In this document: positions 48,897-57,873 of the stretch, in pieces
Position numbering within the stretch: position 1 is the stretch's first letter
Layout: each line of letters begins with the position of its first letter
From: Negativicutes bacterium
GTDB taxonomy: Bacteria > Bacillota > Negativicutes > UBA1444
Assembly (NCBI GenBank): GCA_963665275.2
Contig: CAXXIN010000013.1
Location: forward strand, 32,001 to 96,000
Direction: 5' to 3'
Length of the DNA stretch: 64,000 nt
Position numbers and translations under genes: made by a program
The notes under the pieces: model-generated
Database searches by the model: none
The model's input: the letters and a program-made list of their open reading frames with translations, nothing else
Told to the model about the DNA's origin: nothing

Positions 48897-49595
48897 TTAT
48901 TTTTCTAATTCGCCGGAAGCCTCCGCTGCTTTTTTCGCGTCCCTCGACGCCTGCCAGGCTTCACGGGCCATCTCCAGAATACGTTTTTCGTTTTTTGCTT
49001 GCGGGTTGCCGACTACCCGGCCCAAATACGAGAGCGCCTCGTCATATCGGCCGACGCGCCGCAGCAGTTCGCCGATGATATAGGACAGGGTGACTTCCGT
49101 CAATGTTCCGATCGGCGTTTGCTCACGCATAAAAGCCGCCTCATAGTTTTTCACGGCCCGGTCCAATACGGCCTTTTCTTCAGCGACCATTGCTTTTTCC
49201 CGGTACAGCCAGGCCAAACGCAATTCCAGGCTAGCGATATGGCTGGCAGGCAACCCCACCATGCCGGCATAATAAATAGCCAGCTTATAGGACGTGACCG
49301 CTTGTTCCCAGCTCCGGGGGCCGCTGAGATCCAATTTGACCTCGCGTCCGGTCAGGAAGGTCTTCAGGTTCTGCCGGGCGCCTTCCAGCAAGGTGAAAAA
49401 TCGTTCTTCATGGGCGGCGAATCCGCAGTTGGGGCACACCCATATCGTGTAGTAATAAGGATTCAGATCCTTGAAATGCGTGCAAAAATCGGTATCCGTA
49501 GATTCCGCGACGATCTGACCCCTGGTCTTCGTCAATTTGAAATTTTGTTCGCATATGGGACAGGTCTTTTCGACCTGATATAAGGGATCCAGCAT
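48897..49595 (-). CDS. DUF2225 family protein (two CxxC pairs plus TPR-like helices)
   Basis: CPIC, DTDF, NPYYY..WVCPNCG, LRLAWLYR and YIIGELLRR. Confidence 0.85.
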   Translation of the reverse strand: MLDPLYQVEKTCPICEQNFKLTKTRGQIVAESTDTDFCTHFKDLNPYYYTIWVCPNCGFAAHEERFFTLLEGARQNLKTFLTGREVKLDLSGPRSWEQAVTSYKLAIYYAGMVGLPASHIASLELRLAWLYREKAMVAEEKAVLDRAVKNYEAAFMREQTPIGTLTEVTLSYIIGELLRRVGRYDEALSYLGRVVGNPQAKNEKRILEMAREAWQASRDAKKAAEASGELEK

Positions 49596-49615
49596 AGAAA
49601 AGTCCTCCTATCGTC

Positions 49616-52600
49616 TCAATTTCGCGCAGTTTTTATCACCAGCGCGCGAATCTCGGCTGCGAGCTCAGGCGTCAGCTCCGTACCGTTTAGTCGCCAGGAC
49701 CAGTTTCCTGCCGCGGTGCCCGGCAGGTTCATTCTCGCCTCTGTATCGAGACCCAGCCAGTCCTGCGCCGGAATCATGGCCACTCGGGCTACACTGGACA
49801 TCACGCGCTCCACGAGTGCCCTGACCAGCTCCTGCAAAGGGATATCGGGCGAAGCCTGGGCGTAGGCCAAAGCGCCGGCATACAGTTCAGGCTGTTTCAC
49901 CTGCGCGAATTTCAGCCAGCCCAATAGCGTATCATTGTCATGTGTGCCGGTATAGTAGAATGTGTTCGGTTGAGGGTTCGGCAGATGATAGCCCTTCCCG
50001 TCCGGATCGGGCCAAATCAGAAAAGGCATGATCGCCATGCCCGGCAGGAAGAACGATTCCTTCAATTTCACGACTTCCGGCGTTATAACGCCGAGGTCTT
50101 CCGCCAATATCGGAATTTCACCCAACTGGCGCAGCAGCGCGTTGAAAAAATGTGCAGCCGGCCCCTTGACCCATTTGCCGCGAATCGCAGTTTTGGCGCG
50201 GGTCGGAATTTCCCAGAACGCTTCGAACCCCCGGAAATGGTCGATGCGAATTGCATCTACAGACCGGAACAGCCACTGCAAGCGACGTATCCACCATGAA
50301 TAGTCATCTGCGGCATGCTGGGTCCAATCATAATGAGGATTGCCCCAACGCTGACCAGTCCGGCTGAAATAGTCAGGCGGTACTCCCGCACAGGTCTTGG
50401 GGCGTCCGTGTTTATCAAGCGAGCAAAGTTGTGGAAACGCCCAGACATCGGCGCTGTCATGCGCAATAAAAATTGGCAGGTCGCCGACAATTTTTATGCC
50501 TTTGGCCGTTGCATGGCGATGCAACTTGTCCCACTGGCTGAAGAATATGTACTGCACGAAACGGTGAAAGCCGATTTCCGTCTCCAGCTTGGCCTTATAT
50601 CGCTGCAGGGCTTCCGGTTCTCTATGCGCCACGCCTGCATCCCATTCCGTCCAGGCCGCTCCTGCATGGAAATCTTTCAACGCCCTGAACCAAACGTAGT
50701 CCTCTATCCAGGCGGCAGCATTCCTACAGAAGTCCAGGTAATCCTCCGGTTCCGGCTGCTGGCGGAAATTGGTGTAAGCAACTCGCAGCAAGGTATTTTT
50801 CCACGCAGACACTTTTTCATATTCCACTTTCCCGTCGCAAAGTCCTGCCGGGGGCAAAAGCTCTTGCAGCAGTCCGCGCGCGAGCAGATCCTCCGGTGAT
50901 ATCAGAAGCGGGTTGCCGGCAAAAGCCGAGGCGCTCTGATAAGGCGATCCGGTAGAGTCGACCGGCGTCAGGGGAAGAACCTGCCAGAGAGTTTGACCGG
51001 CTGCCGCCAGCCAATCGACAAAAGTATGGGCAGCTGGACCGAGATCGCCGATCCCATAAGGGCCCGGCAACGATGTCGGATGCAGCAAAATACCTGAGTG
51101 TCTGGCAGAAAACAACGGGTGCACCGCCGCCTTCAGCAGGATCGCCGACAGCGGCGGCAGGGTGATCGACAACAGCCCTTTCTCATCCGGCAGATAAAGG
51201 GCGTTTTCCTGCCCGAGGATTTCGCGAAGCGGTCCGAAACAGACCGAAGAAATGTCGACGACCCACTCGACAACAGCCTCGCTTCGATTGACAAAAACCA
51301 AAGCGGCTGCATCCGGCATCACCGACCCCAGCACATCACGACCCTCGTCCGTTCGTCGACCGAAGGCAAAGATATCAGCTCCGGCCGAAAGTGGAACCCA
51401 GCGCCCTGTGCGCAGCACTGCCTCGGAGCGGCGAATCGTTGCCAAACGCTGGTACCATTCCACCAGTTCCGCTTCCTCGTTCCCCCATGGATAGGTCCGA
51501 CGGTTCTGCGGATCACTGTGCCCTTCCAGGCCGGCTTCGTCGCCATAATAGATACAGGGCACGCCCGGTGAGGCAAACTGGATCAGCGCCGCCAGTTTCA
51601 GCCGTTCCACCGCCACGCGGCGCGCGGCGGCAGGCAGATGATAACGCGCCTGTTCCAGCTTCGTCAATTGATTTTCCGGCGCCGCGCCGCCAAGAAGCGT
51701 CAGCGCCCGCGGCACATCATGCGACCCAAGTACGTTCATGGTCGCATAAAAATAGGGCGCCGGATAGTTTTCACTCAGGCTGATCAACCGGCGCATGGAG
51801 GCATCCGCATCGCAATGTCCGGTGAAAAAGTCGATCACCGCCGATCGGAACGGATAATTGATGACTGAATCCAGTTCCCGACCCAAGAGATACTCTCGCA
51901 GAATTCCATAGCTTTCCTTGCGTGAAGCATCTTCCCACACTTCTCCGATCAGTACGGCCTCCGGATCTGTCGCTTTAAGTTCGCGGTACATCTCTTGCAC
52001 GAACTCTCCCGGCAGTTCATCTACGACATCCAGCCGCCAGCCGGCAGCGCCCCTTTTCAACCAGTGTTTGATCACGCTGTCCGGTCCGCTGATAATGAAG
52101 TCGCGGTAGGAAGGTTCCATTTCATTGACATTCGGCAGGGTAGTCACCCCCCACCAGCAATCGTACTTGTCCGGATACTCAGTAAACCGGTACCAAGGGT
52201 AGGAAGGAGAATCTTTGGACCGCAACGCAGCTTGAAAATAAGGACTGTCAGAACCGGTATGACTGAACACGCCGTCCAGAATCAGATGGATCCCGGCAGC
52301 GCTTGCTGCGGCCTGTAGCCGGGCGAAGGCCTCGTCTCCGCCGAACTGCGCGTCCACTTTTTTGTAATCGCCTGTATCGTATTTATGGTTGGATACCGAT
52401 TCGAAAATCGGATTCATGTAGAGAATCGTCACGCCCAGACTCTTCAAGTATGAAAGTTTGTCGGTAACGCCGTCCAGTGTGCCGCCAAAAAAATCATACG
52501 CGGCAATATCCCCCGTTTGCGGGTCCTTGGCATAAAACGGGGAATCATTCCAGTGAGGATGATATAGCCCTCCAGCGGGCAGTTCCGGCAGCGGGGATGG

Positions 52601-53059
52601 TTGGTCACCCCGATAAAAACGGTCGGGAAAAATCTGGTACATGATCCCATTCGTGTACCACTCCGGAACCTTAGCCTTCACGTCATACACCGTAATCTGC
52701 CAATCAGCCTCCGGCACGGCTCCGAATTCGACGCCTTCTCCGCCCATCCCGTCGCCCGGTGCACCGTATCCAAAGGAACGGTCTTCACACCTGATCTGAA
52801 AATGATACCAGAGCAACCCTGGCTCCGGCGGCGCACTTATCTGGAACCGGAAGCGGAAGCAAACCGGCGTCTCCTCAACGGTGAAGGGTTCGAGAATCAA
52901 TTCCCCGGTTGCCTTGGACCACATCCTCAGGTTGACGGATTGCGGCATGCCAACTGTACTAGCATCAATATAAAGATTGACCGTCGTTCCGCATGGAACA
53001 GCTCCGAACGGACGACGGTACTGGCTATCATGGGAGTCATGGTAAAAGGAACAACTCAT
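49616..53059 (-). CDS. malQ: Bifunctional GH13 (neo/amylopullulanase-like) - GH77 4-alpha-glucanotransferase fusion
   Basis: GH13 motifs YQIFPDRF, DGVFSH, GWRLDV, GEVW and GSHD; GH77 motifs GILLHPTSLP, RIDHFRG, AEDLG, GTHDN and MNLPG. Confidence 0.92.
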   Translation of the reverse strand: MSCSFYHDSHDSQYRRPFGAVPCGTTVNLYIDASTVGMPQSVNLRMWSKATGELILEPFTVEETPVCFRFRFQISAPPEPGLLWYHFQIRCEDRSFGYGAPGDGMGGEGVEFGAVPEADWQITVYDVKAKVPEWYTNGIMYQIFPDRFYRGDQPSPLPELPAGGLYHPHWNDSPFYAKDPQTGDIAAYDFFGGTLDGVTDKLSYLKSLGVTILYMNPIFESVSNHKYDTGDYKKVDAQFGGDEAFARLQAAASAAGIHLILDGVFSHTGSDSPYFQAALRSKDSPSYPWYRFTEYPDKYDCWWGVTTLPNVNEMEPSYRDFIISGPDSVIKHWLKRGAAGWRLDVVDELPGEFVQEMYRELKATDPEAVLIGEVWEDASRKESYGILREYLLGRELDSVINYPFRSAVIDFFTGHCDADASMRRLISLSENYPAPYFYATMNVLGSHDVPRALTLLGGAAPENQLTKLEQARYHLPAAARRVAVERLKLAALIQFASPGVPCIYYGDEAGLEGHSDPQNRRTYPWGNEEAELVEWYQRLATIRRSEAVLRTGRWVPLSAGADIFAFGRRTDEGRDVLGSVMPDAAALVFVNRSEAVVEWVVDISSVCFGPLREILGQENALYLPDEKGLLSITLPPLSAILLKAAVHPLFSARHSGILLHPTSLPGPYGIGDLGPAAHTFVDWLAAAGQTLWQVLPLTPVDSTGSPYQSASAFAGNPLLISPEDLLARGLLQELLPPAGLCDGKVEYEKVSAWKNTLLRVAYTNFRQQPEPEDYLDFCRNAAAWIEDYVWFRALKDFHAGAAWTEWDAGVAHREPEALQRYKAKLETEIGFHRFVQYIFFSQWDKLHRHATAKGIKIVGDLPIFIAHDSADVWAFPQLCSLDKHGRPKTCAGVPPDYFSRTGQRWGNPHYDWTQHAADDYSWWIRRLQWLFRSVDAIRIDHFRGFEAFWEIPTRAKTAIRGKWVKGPAAHFFNALLRQLGEIPILAEDLGVITPEVVKLKESFFLPGMAIMPFLIWPDPDGKGYHLPNPQPNTFYYTGTHDNDTLLGWLKFAQVKQPELYAGALAYAQASPDIPLQELVRALVERVMSSVARVAMIPAQDWLGLDTEARMNLPGTAAGNWSWRLNGTELTPELAAEIRALVIKTARN

Positions 53060-53084
53060 GAGGTACCCTCCCTGCAGGGATATC

Positions 53085-54110
53085 TTATATCATTTTATTC
53101 AGATCACGATTTCCGCCTAATCTCCATAAGCTTATTTTATAAATGCCCCGTTCTTTTGCTAGGCTGCTCCAATAATTCAGGGTCTTTACATCAGCATACC
53201 ACACTTGGTAATGAACCCCGTCATTTTCATATTCAAAAAACTGACTCTGGCTGTCTTTATCCCGTTGCGGCACGGCATCATAGGTCGCAGACAGCACTTG
53301 CGCTTCCGCTTCCGTCACCAGTTGCTTTTTCCCATTGGATCCCCATACACAGCCACCTGTCGCAAATGCAACCGATTTTTCTCCCGGCAGGCTGTCCATT
53401 TGGGTCAAGAGAGTTTGAATGAAAGTTTTATTCGCTTTGGGGCCTGGACCACTATGCATCCCATACAGGTTATAAAACATGACAATATACTCCGGTCCAT
53501 TGGCAAACGCCGTTGAGGCAAACGGAGTATTCGGCTCCAAAACAACCCTAACTTTCAAATTTTTGTTCCGGGCACGTGGATATAGTTTATTGACAAACCG
53601 CAAAAAAAGTTGCCCTACGGGTTCATCCTTCCATACTCTCTCATAATCAATTTCCAATCCATCATAGCCGCCTTCCAGGGTCAAGGCGATGATGTCATCG
53701 ATATGTTTATCCATGGAAGCCTCATTCGACAGCAGTCGGCGCAGGACTTCCGTATCCTTGAGCACAACGGTTCCATCGATAACCTTCTTGTCATTGACAA
53801 ACGAAAGATAAGTTTCATAGGGCATTTTCTTACGTTTATGCTCGCTTTTTATCTCGCGAATCGCCGCCGGTATGAATAGTCGATCCAATTCGTCATAATA
53901 GGCGCCGAAATAAACAAGTTTCCCGGCCTTGTTGCCCATTTTGACCAAATCTTTGCCGCCCGCGTCCAAATCCCAATAAGCCAACCAGACCGATCTATTG
54001 ATATCCTCTTTCTCCATGGATTTGGCGATCAGGTGATTGCTTTGCGAGCACCCTGCCAAAACAAGAAAAACGACCAGCAACATAACAGCTTTACCCAATT
54101 TATGCTTCAC
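53085..54110 (-). CDS. GH18-like glycoside hydrolase lipoprotein
   Basis: Lipobox LAGC; YDGLEIDYE (variant of DxxDxDxE); MFYN, VWYAD and SLWRLG. Confidence 0.8.
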   Translation of the reverse strand: MKHKLGKAVMLLVVFLVLAGCSQSNHLIAKSMEKEDINRSVWLAYWDLDAGGKDLVKMGNKAGKLVYFGAYYDELDRLFIPAAIREIKSEHKRKKMPYETYLSFVNDKKVIDGTVVLKDTEVLRRLLSNEASMDKHIDDIIALTLEGGYDGLEIDYERVWKDEPVGQLFLRFVNKLYPRARNKNLKVRVVLEPNTPFASTAFANGPEYIVMFYNLYGMHSGPGPKANKTFIQTLLTQMDSLPGEKSVAFATGGCVWGSNGKKQLVTEAEAQVLSATYDAVPQRDKDSQSQFFEYENDGVHYQVWYADVKTLNYWSSLAKERGIYKISLWRLGGNRDLNKMI

Positions 54111-54129
54111 ACAAAGCCTCCCACGGCAA

Positions 54130-55998
54130 TTACAAGTTAACGATGAACCAGTTGATCAGAGTTTCCCACCACTGTTTCAGGTTATATTTTACAGCGTCCC
54201 ATCCTTGCAGTTTTCCATCGAACAGAACGCGTTCCTTCTCTGCTCCCGTGTTCTCAGTAATAACCAGTTTTTCGAATACACCATCATAAACATCATCCGC
54301 TAAGTTTCTTTGGCTCCAGCCGGATGCTTTCCAGCCTGATTCCAAATAAACCTTGCCGCCCTGCAAAACAGTAACCGCTACATCTTGAACGGCACTCTTG
54401 CCATCCACCATCACACTCAGTTTATCACCTTTGAGTGAAATCGTCAGCATGCGGTCGCCTTTAGCGTGAACACTAATTGTCGGTATGTATTCCGGAGCAC
54501 CTTCGGCAACACTAGGAACTTTCTCCAATTCCTTGTTTTTAAGTCGTTCAGCATAAATCTTCGCTTTTTCCGCCGATGTCGCATACCTTACGAAAGTTTC
54601 CAGTTCGCGTATTTCGGCGGCTTTCTTGTCTTCAGGAATCGATATGGGAGCCTTGCCATCGTGTTTATCCAAATTCAACTTGTGCAATACTTTTTCGGCG
54701 CCGCCGGTTCTTTCCCGCACATATAAAAAGTTGTCGGTGATGTCCACAGACAGATATCGGTTTAAGCTATTATCGGCCCTGAGATAAATACCCTGAGTCC
54801 CCACTTTATTTCCCTTGAGGTGTACCGAGACTTTCGCGTCCGCGAAGTCGGCATTGTTTCGCAAGCGAACCAAGCCGTTATCTTTGGGCAAACAAGTTAA
54901 AATCATCGTTTCGTTTTGGATCTCAAAAGCGCCTTTCAACGTATCCCAGGCTTGCTGACGCGATAAATCGCCACGAACAAATTCCATTTTTTGAAGGTTG
55001 TCATATTTGATGCGCATCAGCAAATGGTTGGTATACCAATAAGCTTGCGGCTGCATCCTAGTCAAATCATACGGACTGCTGTTTTTGACATTGAAAGAAA
55101 AGCCTTCCCTGTTAAAGTTGAGCTTGAATAGTTCTTTGATCCACTGCTCGTTCACGGCGCTCACTTTGTCGTTATTCCCGAAACTGCCGGTATTGGAATG
55201 CATTAAAATATAAAGTTTGGGTACATAACCAATCGCACTATTATATTGTTTTCGCAGCGTATCATAATCATACGAAATACGATCTTTCATTTTTTCATAG
55301 CTTTCTTTGGGAACGAAGTACTCATCGCGAACATAATCCATCAAATAATGATTGTATTTCCGGCCCAAATACGACATCACGCTGCTATGTTCCAACGGTT
55401 CCAATTCGCCCAAATAATTGTCGTAGCGATCAAAAACATTGATAAACGCCAGTCGGTAACCATTGGTTCCCATTTCCCAATAAGTAGTTCTTTCAAGGTC
55501 GACTAACTCTTCCGGCATTAAAAATTTAGTATCTTTTTTTTCAAACTTTTCCGGGTAAGTCAGCATGGTTGCCTTAAAATTCAAGTCTTCCAATATTTTT
55601 TGCGAAAAGATTGCCGTATCCCGGCGCCCATCCTCAAACATCAAAAATAGTGATTTTTCGGGAAGTATTTTGCCCGTTTGGTAATAATTGATAACATCTT
55701 GCTGCGTTATTGTCACATAGCCCTGATCTTTCAGCGCCTGCAAATGTTCTTGCAACCGTCCCACGCCTATGAGATTTTGATCGCCGATACGTTCCACACC
55801 AAAATAAGAAAGCGCAACGAACCCCCTGTCGCCTGCGAACCGGGTATTGGCTCGAGACACCGGTTCATAGGCGGTTAAGGTGACAATAGAGACGACAATG
55901 ATGGCCAACAATACGAGCAGTATCAGGCCTTGGAAAACACCACGGATAATTTTGTTTCTATTTTTGCGGCTTGTGTATTTTTCATCGTATGTCTTCAT
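54130..55998 (-). CDS. Membrane-anchored IcaB/PgaB-like (degenerate CE4) polysaccharide-modifying protein with C-terminal beta-rich domain
   Basis: One N-terminal TM; HLQALKDQGYVTI...LPEKSLFLMFEDG...KATM matches the IcaB/PgaB pattern; metal His site reads EMGTNGY. Confidence 0.7.
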   Translation of the reverse strand: MKTYDEKYTSRKNRNKIIRGVFQGLILLVLLAIIVVSIVTLTAYEPVSRANTRFAGDRGFVALSYFGVERIGDQNLIGVGRLQEHLQALKDQGYVTITQQDVINYYQTGKILPEKSLFLMFEDGRRDTAIFSQKILEDLNFKATMLTYPEKFEKKDTKFLMPEELVDLERTTYWEMGTNGYRLAFINVFDRYDNYLGELEPLEHSSVMSYLGRKYNHYLMDYVRDEYFVPKESYEKMKDRISYDYDTLRKQYNSAIGYVPKLYILMHSNTGSFGNNDKVSAVNEQWIKELFKLNFNREGFSFNVKNSSPYDLTRMQPQAYWYTNHLLMRIKYDNLQKMEFVRGDLSRQQAWDTLKGAFEIQNETMILTCLPKDNGLVRLRNNADFADAKVSVHLKGNKVGTQGIYLRADNSLNRYLSVDITDNFLYVRERTGGAEKVLHKLNLDKHDGKAPISIPEDKKAAEIRELETFVRYATSAEKAKIYAERLKNKELEKVPSVAEGAPEYIPTISVHAKGDRMLTISLKGDKLSVMVDGKSAVQDVAVTVLQGGKVYLESGWKASGWSQRNLADDVYDGVFEKLVITENTGAEKERVLFDGKLQGWDAVKYNLKQWWETLINWFIVNL

Positions 55999-56001
55999 GA
56001 T

Positions 56002-57840
56002 CTACGCCTTTGCCTGTTTTACTGCAGGCTTTTTCAGCATTGAAGCAAGGTCGGCAGGTGTCATGCGGGTGCCCCAGGTTGTCTTCCAGAAAGTTACCCA
56101 GGCAATGGGCATCTGCCAGAGCAATATGACCTCATAATATAAACAAAACCAGAGACCAAAACTCCAGGTCGAGCTTTTTCTGAGAAACAATTGCGCCATA
56201 CTCATCAGCAAGGCCATTAATACAAGACCAAAAAGGAAGGTCATCGGCCAAACCCGATGGACGATCGGAATATAGATCAGATTGTATAGCACGACCACCG
56301 GCGCCAGTATCGGTATCAGCAGGCCCATATAGAACGAAAGGGCCATAAAAGGTTCCTTCCTCCACATAAATCGAGCTGCAATCAAAGACTCTCTCAACCA
56401 TGAACGTTTCCAGCGCATTTGCTGTTTCAAAAAAACACTATGAGTACTGGGCACAATCGTGGCGCATATTGCAGTATCTTGATAACAAGTACGGTTGTGG
56501 CGCAAGATGAAGTTCGTCATGCTGCGGTCATCGCCGAAGGTGGCTCTTTCACCCAAAAACTTTTGATTTCGCCAGTCTTCCAGATACTTCAAAATCAAGT
56601 CTTTGCGGTAACAGGCCAGCGGCCCGGATAAACAGGTCACTGCATCAAAGTAACTTTCGGCGGCCTTCATGATACGAAATGCAATATAATAGCGTACGGA
56701 CTGCATTTTCGTCAACGCGCTGGAAAAAGTATTGGCAACATCGGTTCTGCCGGACACCCCACCCATTTCTTCATCCTTGAAGGGCTGAACAAGATTGCGA
56801 ATCGCAAAAGGATCCAAAAAACTGTCGGAGTCAACAAACACCATCAGCTCATGCTTGGCCATTAAAGAGCCTACCGCCATCGCTTCGCGTTTCCCGGCAT
56901 TTTTTGCTTGCCGGATATAACGAATCCGGTTTTGGGTATCATAACGGCTTTCTTTTATTTTCAGTTCATCAACAATTTCTTTAATTCTTTCAAATGAGTT
57001 GTCATTGGAGCAATCATCAACAACGATGACTTCCAATTTATCCAGCGGATAATCTTGGTTAATGCAGCCTAAAATCGTTCTTTGAATCATCTGTTCTTCG
57101 TCAAAGCAAGGAATAACAATGGAAACCCCCGGCGTAAAGTCGGGATCAATTGGGACTGGACGATAAAACATCGCAACGAAATATCGACTCAACAAAAAGG
57201 TAGCCGCAATAATACTATACAGGTACAGGTATTTATTAAATTTGAAGTAAAGAATACTTTCGACCCGCATCAACATAACGCAGGCTACGATTACGAACAA
57301 GAAAAATGAAGCCGCCGATATCATATACCAGTTTTTTTTCTTGGAGGCATATTGCGCAATCGTCTCGGAAAATTGAACGGCGCATTGGACTTTCCCGTTG
57401 TTTGCGTTGCCAAGCCGCATTATTTTCGCTGCAATATTGACACTCATCTCATAACCTTCCGGCATTGTACCGGGAACTATGGTAAATTTAAGCCGGACTT
57501 GTTCCCCTGGTTGCATGTCTTTGGCGTCTTCCTGGGATATTTCCAACAACATTCCTGTCGTAGATATGTCGATACTTTTCCCGCCACAGCTACTATTTCT
57601 AAAGGCAGAAGCATAGTGGACCGCGACATCATAATTAACCAAATAACGCCGTCCGCCTTTTTCATTTTCAATAAGCGCCGCAACATCACTTGATTGTTCA
57701 TTACTTATAGCCTGACGTCGGTCAGTATTGCTCCGCACATTTTCTTTATCCGGCACTTTGGAAAGCAGCCTGCGATCGGGTTTCCCTACCGGCAACACCT
57801 CGGAAATATCTTTAAGTACTGGTTGAAAAAACTGATCCAC
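56002..57840 (-). CDS. GT2 hyaluronan-synthase/NodC-like processive synthase with N-terminal PilZ-like domain
   Basis: VDDCS, GKREAM, FVDSD, TCLSGPLACYR, FGDDRSMTN, QQMRWKRS and WGTR; N-terminus has RRYL...DISTTG. Confidence 0.88.
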   Translation of the reverse strand: MDQFFQPVLKDISEVLPVGKPDRRLLSKVPDKENVRSNTDRRQAISNEQSSDVAALIENEKGGRRYLVNYDVAVHYASAFRNSSCGGKSIDISTTGMLLEISQEDAKDMQPGEQVRLKFTIVPGTMPEGYEMSVNIAAKIMRLGNANNGKVQCAVQFSETIAQYASKKKNWYMISAASFFLFVIVACVMLMRVESILYFKFNKYLYLYSIIAATFLLSRYFVAMFYRPVPIDPDFTPGVSIVIPCFDEEQMIQRTILGCINQDYPLDKLEVIVVDDCSNDNSFERIKEIVDELKIKESRYDTQNRIRYIRQAKNAGKREAMAVGSLMAKHELMVFVDSDSFLDPFAIRNLVQPFKDEEMGGVSGRTDVANTFSSALTKMQSVRYYIAFRIMKAAESYFDAVTCLSGPLACYRKDLILKYLEDWRNQKFLGERATFGDDRSMTNFILRHNRTCYQDTAICATIVPSTHSVFLKQQMRWKRSWLRESLIAARFMWRKEPFMALSFYMGLLIPILAPVVVLYNLIYIPIVHRVWPMTFLFGLVLMALLMSMAQLFLRKSSTWSFGLWFCLYYEVILLWQMPIAWVTFWKTTWGTRMTPADLASMLKKPAVKQAKA

Positions 57841-57873
57841 ATGCCGCCCCCCTCTCCGTCATCGATAAGAAAT

